Shown one piece after another: positions 13,775 to 25,666 of a DNA stretch of 64,000 nucleotides. The stretch is from assembly GCA_030295235.1 (NCBI GenBank), contig AP026146.1, forward strand, positions 682,001 to 746,000, given 5' to 3'. Source of the DNA: Fistulifera solaris (Eukaryota). The notes under the pieces were generated by a model. That model worked only from the letters and a program-made list of their open reading frames with translations. It did no database searches and had not been told where the DNA came from. Position numbers and translations under genes: made by a program. Numbering within the stretch: position 1 is the first letter of the stretch; the number at the start of each line of letters is the position of its first letter.

Positions 13775-14472
13775 TTACTTTCTTAACTTCTTCATGGTAA
13801 AGAATCCTCCTACTTTCGTTTCCTTCTTTGGTAAAGGCTGTTCTTTGGGCGTGTCGTTAGTTACCTTCGATGATTCCTTGACCGCCTTTGACGGGGCATT
13901 CCGGTCCATGATCACTTTAGGAGTGACTGTATCTACAATCATACCGAAAAATCTACCGTGTTCGTCCCGACGCATTCGATGAATTTCCAACACCGCTTGC
14001 CCTACTCCAACTCCGGAATAGACTTTCAGGCATTGAATCGGTTCCTGTTTGGTCGATTCCGGTGCGCGTTGTGCGACTATCGGTACACCCCGATTTCGAA
14101 CTTCGGTAGCATCGACTGATAGACACAACCAGTCCCCTGGAAACGATCCATAATAGTGATTGGCCGTTTCAACGAGTGTATCACGTTCGCATGAGAATCG
14201 CGTAAATTTGCCATCTTTCATAAACGTAGGTGGGAAATAAGGCTTTCCTTTTCAACAGCTTCAAGCCACAATGATTTTTGACACAAATGATAAATCGTTC
14301 CAGATGCTTCGTACAGTTCTTCTTCCTCCTCCTCGTTTTGTTGTACTGCGATGCTGGTGTTTCCTTGTTTTGCCGGAGCCGGATATTCTTTCATCGTACA
14401 TGTTCCGTCTGGGCATTCAATCTTCTCGCCAGGTGTACCGTCCTCGGCCGCCTGATAATGATACCAACCCAT
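13775..14472 (-). CDS. DUF952 family protein; frameshift near 14245
   Basis: IYHLCQKSLWLEA..., Y.PPTF..DG.FT.FS..., LVETANHYY...WLCLSVD. Confidence 0.65.
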
Positions 14473-15295
14473 ATCTGAATTCAAAGTTCGCTGGTGTTAC
14501 AGTTAGTTGCGGAAATATTTTGCTTTTATGAAACAAGAAGAACAAAAGGGCTGGTGATGTGAGAATGTTTTTCGGCGTTTTGTCGCTAGGTCATTTTACC
14601 AGGGTCATTACGACTAATGCATAAAGTGTAGACACGTCGTCATTCACCTGACTGATTTCAGTCCCGGAAATTGTTGCTGGCGACGTAAATAAGTATCCAC
14701 ATAGTTTTAGTTCCGACGTCTCGACTTCCAGCCAAAACCTACCTGGCGCACATATAAGTTCGCAAATAAAAAAACAGAATCAACAGCGGATTGTAAACGA
14801 CTACTTTGAATCATAGCTAATCGTGGTCTGCAAGAGCCGGGTCGAGTTTCGACGATATCACGACAACCTCTAGAGCGTGCATTGCAAATGATATTGGTCT
14901 TCAATGACATCTTTGTTTGACAAAATGAAATGTGTTGTATTAAAAGAGTTGTAACGAAAACAACGTGGATTTACATAAAACATAGATATTTGTCTCATGA
15001 CTGAATTGCAGTATTGGCGACCTACTAGGTTGAGCGTCCTTGGATTTCAGGTCATGTTTACTGCGCACCCTGCCCTGTCTCCAGCAACACAAGCGGGGAA
15101 TCGGCGCTTAGCAAATGGTAGATGTATCAAGTAATAAGGAGCTAGGGCGGATAGAGAAGACTTCCTACACAAGTTCACGCTCAGATTGATAACAATCGCT
15201 TCTGTGTTCTGTGAATCGATCATTTTATGTAGTACAAATCTATTGAAATCATTTAAAAATCCTGGTTGAGCGTGGAAAAGCAAGATCATTGTTCT

Positions 15296-16297
15296 TCATG
15301 GCTTCGATTCGCTATTGAATTTCGAATCAACTTCCAATGCATAACCTACAATCTCGTCTACCAGCTTGGCCTGCTTACAATCCTCTTGAATACTATCTAC
15401 GATGAGCCCGATCACCGTCTTGTAACGCAATTTGACCCCTTGCTCTGCCATAACATACTGTTTGCGTAAATCGGCTTCACTTTCGAGCTTTTCTACGGCC
15501 TGTCGGTATTCGGGAACGGCTTTTTGCAACGCATCATGCGCCTTGTGAATGTTGGCGACTTCTTTTTCCAACTGAGCGAATGTATCCGCCACCTTATCGT
15601 TCACACTCTCCAGATTCTCATTTGCCGCTTTCAAAACGATCATCTCTTCATGCAGTTGTTCGGCTTCTTGTCGTAGTTTCTTGTTTTCGGCGCGGAGTCG
15701 ATTGATCGTTTGCTTGGCGTCAAAGACTAAAGCCTTCTCTTCGTCGATTGCCGCGAGCTCTTTTCGTGCTTGGAGGCGCATCTTGTTGTAAAACTTTTCT
15801 TTACGGACTTCTACTTCCTTACGAATTTCGGCAATGGCGTCTTCGGTGCGCTGTTCCATCGTATCCAATTGGTGTTGCAACTCGAGGACTCGAAAGAAAC
15901 GTCTTTGACGATATCCACGAAAGATCTTTTGAATTTTCCGCGCGGCATCGTTGCGTATCTTCTTTGTAGTGGATTCCGAACAGGCAATTGACTGAGAAGA
16001 AGGACTGGTCACGGTAGGAGCGGTTGCTTTCGTCGGAACGTCGAGCACCACAGACTTGTGAGCTGTGCTGTTGCTGCTGTCTTTGGCTTTTAAGACTTGC
16101 TCACAACTCGTCTCTTTCACAAAACACCATTTGCCGTCGACTTTCGTCCAGCGGCCTCTCTTTTCATCATCGTAGTCTGCTGGATAACGACTTTGTCGAT
16201 TCAAGAGGCTAATGCTGAGTTTAGAACTCGGCAAGTACGAGTTTTGTAGCGAATCTCCACCACACAAGATTTGTTGAGGTCGATGATCGAATTGCAT
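15296..16297 (-). CDS. IQ-motif/coiled-coil protein (paralog)
   Basis: Canonical IQ motif AARKIQKIFRGYRQRR followed by ~190 aa of coiled coil. Confidence 0.8.
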   Translation of the reverse strand: MQFDHRPQQILCGGDSLQNSYLPSSKLSISLLNRQSRYPADYDDEKRGRWTKVDGKWCFVKETSCEQVLKAKDSSNSTAHKSVVLDVPTKATAPTVTSPSSQSIACSESTTKKIRNDAARKIQKIFRGYRQRRFFRVLELQHQLDTMEQRTEDAIAEIRKEVEVRKEKFYNKMRLQARKELAAIDEEKALVFDAKQTINRLRAENKKLRQEAEQLHEEMIVLKAANENLESVNDKVADTFAQLEKEVANIHKAHDALQKAVPEYRQAVEKLESEADLRKQYVMAEQGVKLRYKTVIGLIVDSIQEDCKQAKLVDEIVGYALEVDSKFNSESKP

Positions 16298-16993
16298 GAT
16301 GACTAGTTATATTGGGTGCTCTACCTGGTACTTTCCCGGTTGTTGCAGGTCAAGAGAGTTGCGTGTTGCGTTTGAATGTGTGTCAAATGTCAAATCATCC
16401 TGTTGCAAATGCTCCAGTAGACTTTGTTCGCTCAAAAAAGGCGCGCATGATTCGAAAACAGGAACGATGAAACTTGTACTGTCTGCTTTGAAGTGAGTTT
16501 CAGTCTTGCTGGAGAGACGGACTATTTATGAATCAGTTGGGGGCCTCAAAGCTCAGACGCCCGGACGCCAGCCCCAATCAAAAATCAATGCTAAATATGT
16601 CGCTTATGCCACTTATGCCCTTCGTTCCCTCACATTCCCGTTCTTTCCTTTGCAGTGACATGTCCGTGTTCAGATCTTATCGGCAGTCTTGGTCTCTGTT
16701 TTTATTATGACAGTTCATTGCTATACTGGTGCTAATCTCATCCCAACAGGCAAACAAGGCAGTCAGGTTCATGCGTGATTCATCTGGAACCGATCCGACG
16801 TTTTTTCTTTTTCAAGAAGCCGAGGACCCAGAAGATTGCAATGTTCATCATCACATCATGACGAGTGACGAGCCCGTTCAAAGAAAGAATGATACGGGTA
16901 CCTGGTAACGAGATTCACAAGCAGATAGTTCGCTATGCATAGCAATCAAAGGATACACAAAAGAATGAAACAAAGGCTACATAGTTGCTGAAC

Positions 16994-19128
16994 ATGACAA
17001 GCACTCCTGGAAATTCCGTCATACCTTGGGAGTCGAAAGAAATAAAACTGGAAGATGTACCCGACAAGATTCCGAACGGCAGCAATGTATATATTGGTTC
17101 CTGTAGCTCGACACCGGAAGCGGTCTTGAATGCACTCGTAGAACATTGGAAATCAACCGATATTCAAATTCTTCAAATGATTCCTGGAGGCAATTTGCCA
17201 CACATGAAAGAAAATATTGATCGCTTTCGTACTTCATCTTTCTTTTCTTTGAGTAAGACAATGTATTTGGGTCTCGAAAAGATCAATACATCCAAGAAAA
17301 TGGAAGGATTAGCCGATTATAGACCCATGTCTTATTCTAGCGTTCCCAGATTGTTAAAAGAGAATATTGTATCGGTCGATGTGGCGGTCATCAAAGTCAC
17401 TCCCCCACACAAAGGCTTTGTTTCGTTGGGATGCGGTGTCGAACACACCATGAGTTTTATCAGACATGCCAAAGTCGTCGTCGCGGAAGTCAATAGACAC
17501 ATGCCGTGGACCGAAGGACACTCCAAGTTGCGTGTCGAAGATATTGATTGGTGGGTGCGACACGATCAACCGCTCTTGACAACGGAACAATTGTGGCCTG
17601 ACCTATTGAAAGATCACGATATGAATCGATACCCTCAAGAAGTCATTGATGCCATTGGGGAAAATCTGGTGAAATTGATTCCCGACGGCGCCACACTGAA
17701 ATTCGGATGGAGTCCCATGTCGTATGTCGTTCTACCTTTCCTACACCGACACAAGAATCTAGGATTGCATACGGACGTATTACTGGAAGATATGTTTCGC
17801 TTGCACGAAAGCGGTGTCTTCAACAATTCACTCAAAACATTAGATATGGGCCGTACGGTCGTTTCCCAAGCACACGGAAGTGCAGATCTCTACGAATATT
17901 TAGATCGGAACCCCGCGATTGAATTTCGTTCCAGTGATTATGTCAATGATCCGTTGACGCTCGGGAAAATGGACAATCTGATTGTCATTGAAGGTGCGCT
18001 CAAGGTACGTACGTTCCTAGAGTGTGCGATGAAGCAGATCATACACTTTCTTTTCTGACAACGATTGTTTCCTGGCGTTCGTTCACAGGTAGATATGACA
18101 GGACAAGTAGCTACGGATTCCATTGCCCACAAATTCTATGGTGGAGTCGCCAGTACGTCGGAATCGGTCCGAGGGGCTCATTTTTCCAAAGGAGGTTTTC
18201 CCATCGTCGTGCTTCCCTCCAAAAGTTTGCAAGGAAGATCGAATTTACTGTTTGCACTACCGCCTGGTTCCGGTGTCACGATCACTCGATCGGTACGTAC
18301 AAAACACTGCATGATGAAACGCTACATTTTGGATTCGACTTATGCAATAAATCGATTTAACATTTTACCCTTTTCTACGACACCTAGGATGTGGAGTTCG
18401 TGGTAACGGAACATGGTATAGCCTATTTGTACGGAAAGTCGATTCGCGAACGATGTCTGGCGTTGATTGAAATTGCTCATCCCGACTTCCGTAATGAGTT
18501 GCTGGAAGAAGCCAAACGGAACAAATACATTTCGCTATCACAGCCTGGCTATTTCCTTCAAAGTAAATATCCTGCCCAATTTGAGTGCATGCACACGACG
18601 AAACTAGGAAAAGAAGTATTTGTGCGTCCCATCAAAATCACCGACGAAGATATCTTGCGTGCATTCTTTCACAAACTGTCCGATCACAGCGTTTACTTGC
18701 GCTACTTTCGCCGAATGCAATCCATGCCACAACGTATTTTACAACAATTCACGGACTTGAACTATTCCAGTGACATGGCCTTGGTTGTCTTGTATCCTCC
18801 CCCTCATCTCAGTGGTAATTCTTCGGAATTAGTCGCCATTGGTCAATGGATTACGGATCCCCGAGATAGTCACAGCGTTCCCGAAATGGCCTTTCAAGTG
18901 CGAGACGATTGGCAAGGCCACGGCCTCGGCAAATACTTATTTTTGCGCATATTGGAGCTATCCAAATATTACTACGAACACGTGCAGTTCAAAGCGGATG
19001 TTCTGGCCGACAATCAAGCCATGCGACACGTATTTGAACAGGCTCCAATACCCTATCGCAAGCGTTCAGAGTTTGGCGTGATCACGTATACATTTGATTT
19101 ACCCGAAAAGAAAGAATTGGTTTCTTGA
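16994..19128 (+). CDS. Acetyl-CoA hydrolase/CoA-transferase-like domain fused to C-terminal Pat-type GNAT acetyltransferase; introns 18005-18088 and 18293-18387
   Basis: VDVAVIKVTPPHKGFVSLG...AEVN..MP.T.G, ALK|VDMTGQV and TRS|DVEFVVTEHGIAYL.GKS..ER..ALI.IAHPDFR. GNAT part VRPIK..DE...FF..LS..SVY.RYF...EMAFQVRDDWQGHGLG. Both introns splice in frame. Confidence 0.9.
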
Positions 19129-19460
19129 GAAGCGAGGATGATGAATAAAAAGCTGCGCACATTGAACAAACTTAGAATTTATCGTACATGTTTATAGGAT
19201 CGTTGTCTTCCGTATTTACTATAGCTCTTGAAGTGTAGGATGAACTTCCCACGACTGCATTTTCAGAACCACCGTTTGTTCGGCGCTTGGTAAGCTATCT
19301 TTGTCGCTATTACGATGAAGGTAGAAGGTAGAAGGTATTAACAAATTCATTGACAATGCAAGTCTCGATTGTTCGTTTAGAGATTTTTCTTTATATTGTT
19401 GTCTTCCTTATTGGTATGTGGTATTGTAACGATTGCTTTTAGGTCATGCATGGACAGGTT

Positions 19461-19670
19461 ACCACCAGACTCCCAGATTATCTGTGTACGTGACAAAACC
19501 ACACTCCCAGATTTTCTGTAGATGCGAAGGCACCGCACCACTCTCACAGATTTTCTGTGGACGTGCTAAGACCACATACCCAGATTATCTGTGAACGTGA
19601 TGTCATCACATCACATCCCCTCTGATTTCTGTGCACGTGAAGAAATCACATCACACAGAATATCTGTTCA
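19461..19670 (+). repeat. Degenerate ~30-35 bp minisatellite array (about 6 units), consensus CCACACTCCCAGATTWTCTGTGNACGTGA
   Basis: Units read directly, e.g. CTCCCAGATTATCTGTGTACGTGA, CTCCCAGATTTTCTGTAGATGCGA, ACCCAGATTATCTGTGAACGTGA. Confidence 0.85.
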
Positions 19671-19818
19671 TTCAAACGTTCGTGAGACTTCTCATGGAAC
19701 GAAACTGAGTCACACAAAACACATCAAACAAAATCGTTTTACGAAGCACGAAAGCAAAAATGGCATTCTTCATCATTCATCATCCATTCTTTCTTATACC
19801 CATCGGAAAGCAAACACC

Positions 19819-20734
19819 ATGAAAATACACGCAAGTAAGACACTATTCTTGCTGATTTGTAGCCATTGGGTTGCTGTGAGGAGCTTTTCAATGGCGCCGA
19901 GGAGTCGGCATTATATTTTGAGGTCGTCCGTGCTCGGCATGACGGAATCAATGGTAGAAGAATCATCAACTGTGAGCACTCAAGACAACAAAAGAAGAAG
20001 CAAACAGACGATAACAATCCTCGTCTTACCGGATTAGCCTTACAGCTGGACGAGGGAACTCGCAAGTCACATTCAGTCGCACAGAATTCGGCCTTTGTGA
20101 CAGGTTTCTTCAAGGGATTGTCGACAAAAGAATCCTATCGGAATCTCATAACGAGTCTCTACTTTGTGTATCAAGTCATGGAAAAGATGCTTTCGATCGA
20201 ACGCATTGTCCGTATGTGCGAGCTATGGACGATCCCAAATTGCGACGATTAACTGCTTTAGAACAAGATATGGATTATTTTTACGGCAGTGACTGGAAGA
20301 AAGTTCAAATCATTCGACCGAGTCCAGCGACACAAGCCTATATCGCACGAGTCCAGCAAGTGGCACAAACGGAGCCGTATCTACTTGTCGCTCATCAATA
20401 CACGCGCTATTTAGGAGATTTGTTTGGAGGGCAAATGATGGGAGGAATGGCGCAGCGATCGTTGAATTTAGAGCCAGGGAAGGGCGTGGCCTTTTATCAA
20501 TTTCCCGATATTTCCAACACGAACGAGTTTATTACACAATGGTATACTCGATTGAACGCCTTGGAGTTGACAGATGAGCAGAAACAAGCGATTGTGGATG
20601 AAGCTAATCTAGTTTTTGACTTGAACATTGGTATACTGCAAGAACTAGATGGATCTCCGTTTTCCGCAATCTGGACCATGACTGTCAATTCTATAAAAAG
20701 CCAGATTGGGGTTTTAATCATTCTAAATTATTAA
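19819..20734 (+). CDS. Plastid-targeted heme oxygenase (cyanobacterial/PbsA-like HO1); frameshifts at A-runs near 19990 and 20183
   Basis: LDEGTRKSHSVAQNSAFVTGFFKG, LLVAHQYTRYLGDLFGGQ and IVDEANLVFDLN. Signal peptide ending VRS-FSM (Phe at +1 of transit peptide). Confidence 0.9.
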
Positions 20735-20764
20735 TAACACGTTATGAGTTTGTCTTGTTTGCAT

Positions 20765-22167
20765 TTATGGACACCTTCTGAATTGACGAGTGGGGAACAT
20801 CCGCTTCAAAACGTTGCAAACGATCCGGGGAGAAGTGGAAGTGTTTTCGGATGCACCGCAAGTCACCGGTGCACAAGTGACGAGATTTGACCAATTGCAT
20901 ACTTGTTTGTCCACGTCAAACAAAAGGCCGTTCGTGCAGCTGGCTTGATTGTTGGTTTTGACGCCATTTTGGCAGTAAAAGTATGAACCACAGTTCTTGG
21001 TCGGGTAGAACCCTGTGAAACCGCTCGGACAGCAGTCTTCCATGGGAGGAGGGGCTGGATTACCGGGATCCGTGGGAGTATCGGGATTGGTAGGAGAAGA
21101 TCCATTGGAGCAACCTCGTTTCGACTCGAGGGCTTCATTGACTACAGATGACCATTTGCCGTTCAAATCGTGAGCCGCCACCCAAAAGAAAGCACCGCCA
21201 TGGCAACTGTAAGCAGTATTGACTTCGTTCATCACCGACTTGGCCTGAGTTGCCAAAGTATTGCTGCCGGTCCCCGCGCAGTCACTGATACAGAATCCCA
21301 TGACGACTCGAGTGGCATCGCCACCGAACAAGTAGTCGACGAGGTATTTGTAGTGATCCGCAGTTACCACTCGGTCTCCGTTTGCCTTGAAGAATCCATC
21401 AACGGCCGGTCGTGTAATACCATTGTAGTACTGAGGCAAAATGTAGTCGACGCTGCTTTTCACTGACGCCAACATTGTTAAGTATTTGGATCCTTTGACG
21501 AGATCGGCATCCATCGGTGCATGCGATACAACAGAACCAGCCGGTAGCTTGCTTTTCAACCCAGTTGTGATTTTGGAAAGAAAGTTGATCGCCTGTGTAC
21601 CCTTGTTAAAGCCTGAACCGTTCTGATTGTCCGCGTAGAAGTACTCGTAATCAATGTCGACGCCGTCCAATTTGAGATCCTTGACAATCTGCGTCAATCG
21701 GTCCACCACTTGCGTTTCTCGTCCAAAGCAATAATCCCAGCAATTATTCACATCACCCGCCCAACTTCCTCCCATACCGGCTCCGCCGAAACTAAGGAGA
21801 ACTTTTTTACCGGCCGCGTGGAGATCATTGATTAAGCCAGGATTGGGTGCATTGTTGCAAATGGGCGGTGTGGCGATTTCACACGTTTGACTACATATGT
21901 TCTTCGATGGACTCCATGTGTAGGAGACAGCAAACGAGATGATTACGTGAGTGTATTCCGAAAGTTGCGCGGCTGTTGGACATGCTTGCCAATTGCCCAA
22001 GAAAGCAACCTGTCAATAACAGTGGTCGTTAATGAGACGAAAAACGTATTAGAGTGAATAATGAGATCTCACTCAGTCGATCTTACCATACGATTGTCTT
22101 CTGCAACTATATTGTTGAGCGCAGCAAGGAGCAAAGTCAATGGCAAGAGGTAGGATAGGCGTGTCAT
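20765..22167 (-). CDS. Secreted GH18 chitinase with Pro/Thr linker and C-terminal CBM14 chitin-binding domain; intron 22010-22086
   Basis: Exon 1 signal peptide MTRLSYLLPLTLLLAALNNIVA. KVLLSFGG and intact catalytic LDGVDIDYE. Six-Cys CBM14 CPSGFTGFYPTKNCGSYFYCQNG...CTNGLLFD....CNW.....C. Confidence 0.9.
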
Positions 22168-23345
22168 GTTTAGTTTGCGGGTCAAGAAATGTCAAAATTA
22201 TGAGACGATTCATTTTTTCGGTGTCCCTTTTCGTGAGGGAACAATTACCGGACGTAAACCGTGTGAGGTCTTTCATGAGCGCCTTACTATCACGGTTGTG
22301 TAGCTGTGAGATGTCCGTTGTCAATTAATTCTATCCGTCTGTGTGTACTGGAGAGGCCCAATCTTTGTAATACGGGTTGGTCCCTTGTCGAATGTTCTAC
22401 TGACTGGTCATCGGTCATCGTCATAAAGCGTTTCAATTTTCAATTTTCAATTTTCGAGTCTTGTTATTCTGATGTCTAACAAATAAAGGTCTGAGTCATG
22501 AGTCATGAATGTTGTTCGCGTTTACAAGCTACATGTTACAAGTTCGGCAAACGGAAAATTTAATTATTGCCCCCAAGAATTGCCCCAGATTGCCCGGACC
22601 TTCGTTCACTCGTGACTCGTGACCAAGACAAAAGCCGGCATTTGTGGCGAAGAGAGCCGAAAATTTGGGTGGGTCGAAATAACACAATATCCGGGTATAT
22701 CTCTGTCGATAAATTCTTTACGGGGCCTACGTGAAATGCACGTAGACACTAGAAGCGTTACAAGTGTCCGTGCATTAAACGATCTTATCTCTTTTAGGTT
22801 AGAATCTCGTTTTGGATTAGTAGGACTCTGTTTGTGAAACAGAGGAATGATTTTTTAACCATCTAGACTGTAAAAATGATATCTGGTATCTGGCTCTGGC
22901 TCCACCGTAGCTCGAAGGCGTGCATGTAAAATGTTAACCTTATCATCTTATAGCTTAACACGCACCAAGCACACGTGCCCTTAATGTATGCGGTATCTAA
23001 GTAAATTCAATTGTATGGTCTCAATTGTACACAAAAATGGAGCAATACACTAATTGATTTTTTGTCGTTATTCAAAGTGTACAATATTTATCCGTTGATT
23101 TCTCATCTTGCAAAACCATCAACAATCAACAAGCAACAAGGCAAAACAGTTTGCCAACAGCCGCCGACACAATGAAAAGAATGGAGTAGTATGCTCTGAC
23201 AAACAACGAGACCAAAAGGAAAGACAAAGAAAGAGCAGCCTCTTCTTTGCTACAGCGAAATTAGCGAAAGGACGTTAAACAGGAACTGACATTTGACTGA
23301 ATCGACTTGTACCTTTTGCTTACGAAGCTATCCGACTGCTATAAA

Positions 23346-25514
23346 ATGCCTGACAAATATCCCGGAGGCGTTAGTGGTCCTCGTAGATCTACACCGATCA
23401 GTCCGACGGCAGATGAATCTATGGATACGGTTGCGGCAAATGCAGAAGCTGCTCGATTAGCCCGCGAACTGGGCGTCGTCGGGTCGGCACAACCAGTTTC
23501 TCGACCTCTCTTTAGCCGCTTTCGGCCAAACAACAATAATTTTGCGTCCTCATCGAATTCCAATTACATTCAAGACAAACAAGACGAACCATCTTCTTAT
23601 GTTCGAATGAGAGATGATTCACAGCGCTCTCAACCATTCACTGCGTCCACAGAGTTCGATACTTCTCCCAGTTATCCAGCTCATTATCCTCATATTACTA
23701 TTGCCAACAGTCAAGGAGAACCGATCCATGAATTTGATTGTCATGGACAGCGCACTCCGTATAGAGAAGGACCTTACTTCTTATCGCGTGATGCAGCTGG
23801 TCGTCTTGTAAAGAAGCGTTGGTGTAAGTACAGAAGCGTTGTGCCGCATCTTTCCGTCGTTCACGAACACGGCACCTAACATGTCTATCTTTCGTACTTG
23901 CGTTACAGACGGAAGACTCGAAGACGGCTATTTAGCGAGATCCTCTATCTATTTGCACGAGTACTTTGGTTTTACTATCTATACGCCTCTTACTCATGAA
24001 GAGCAGGTTGAAATGAAGAAACCAAATGGAAAAATCCCTCGCTGGATGTATGAATTCACGTCACTTCCCAATTTGGCTATACCCACGTCCTATTTTTGCA
24101 TCGGCGTTGCTTTGCAGCTACTCAGAACGCCTCTGATTGTCTATTTTATTGAAGATCTGAACGCAACGCCGGCCGAAGTCAATGTTCTCTTCACGGTCAT
24201 GGCCGTCCCATGGTGTTTCAAGGTGATTTATGGATTTTTGTCCGACTGCTTGCCCATTAGTGGCTTGCGTCGAAAGCCCTATTTCATGACGGGTTGGGTC
24301 GTTTTCATCGTTTCGAATCTCATTTTGATGATCAACCCGATCCCCTCCATTCCTGTTTGTATTCTTCTGGTCTTTACACAAACCGCTGGATACATGCTTG
24401 CCGATGTGATGACGGACGCTTTGATTGTGGAACGAAGTCGCTACGAATCGCAAGAAAAACGAGGAACTATGCAGTCCAAGGGATACATTGTTCGATTCTT
24501 TGGATCGACAGTTGGGGCGACCATCGGTGCTTTGGTCTACAACAAAGACGATTGGGACTGGTCATTACCGATTCGATTGATCTTTTTCATCAATGCGGCG
24601 TTCCCTTTGATTTTTCTGTTACCGTTCGTTCCTTATTTACTCGAGCTCGAAACAGACTGCTTGCCTAAAAATTTTTGGGATCAATGTCGTGAACTGTTTC
24701 ACACAGCACAACTACGGGCCGTGTGGCAACCCATGACTTTTGTGTATGTATACAATGCCTTGCAGCTCACCAACGCTGCTTGGATGAACTTTCTTGTTGA
24801 AGGCCTCAAGTTTTCCGCCTGGCAAATCGGGCTAGTTTCCATTGTTGGATCCATCATGTCGTGGTTTGGAATCATGACATATGAGCGATTCTTTTTGCAA
24901 GTAACTGGAGGATCGTTTACTTTTGGTGCACGACATTAGCTTCGGCAATTGCTTTGGGGCAACTTATTTTGGTGTTTGGAGTTAATCGACAGTGGGGTAT
25001 TCCGGATATTTGGTTTAGCATGGGGGACGACGTGTTGGTAGAGTTCGTAATTGCTGTGCAGTTCTTGCCCATGTGCATCATGTATCTTGGTTTATGTCCT
25101 CCAGGTTCAGAGGGAACAACTTACGCGATGCTGACCACGTGGAGTAATCTCGCGGGCTCTCTGGCATTCGATATTTCAACAGCGCTGACATCTGTTTGGG
25201 ATGTTTCGTCCGAAACAATCGCTGCCGGTGACTATAGTGGAATATGGAAGTTGTCTTTGTTTTGTGGGCTAATCGGTCCAGTGCCCCTGGCACTGCTAGG
25301 TTTGATTCCCAAGAACAAGGAGGATCAGCGAAAGTTGCAAGAAGATGGCACGCGACACTACTTCAAAGGTGCACTGTTTATTGCATTGATGATTTTGACG
25401 CTAGTAATAACGTTTGCTGAGTCCATCTACGAAGTGGCCTTACATGAACAAGATCGCGAAGAAATGAGTGAAGAGCGGCGACGAAAGTTGAGTAGGCTGA
25501 TGGTTGGACACTAG
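23346..25514 (+). CDS. BT1 family folate/biopterin transporter (MFS); intron 23824-23908; frameshift at T-run near 24895
   Basis: PWCFKVIYGFLSDCLPISGLRRKPY, ADVMTDALIVERS and LCPPGSEGTTYAMLTTWSN. Confidence 0.9.
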
Positions 25515-25666
25515 AACGAGCGGGTTGTCCACTCCTGGGGCATCTTTGAATCTAGAATAGATATTGCGTGTATGCAGCTTCGTTTATTTATTTTTTCTTA
25601 GCTAAAGGAGTTTGGAACAATAGCGCATGTGTTTCGATTGTGCTAGCCATGTAGTCCGCAGTCGTT

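Noticed and set aside
19461..19670. CRISPR-like appearance of the ~30-bp arrays (also 56871-57040)
   Set aside because: Units are degenerate and contiguous with no unique spacers, there are no cas genes, and the context is eukaryotic.
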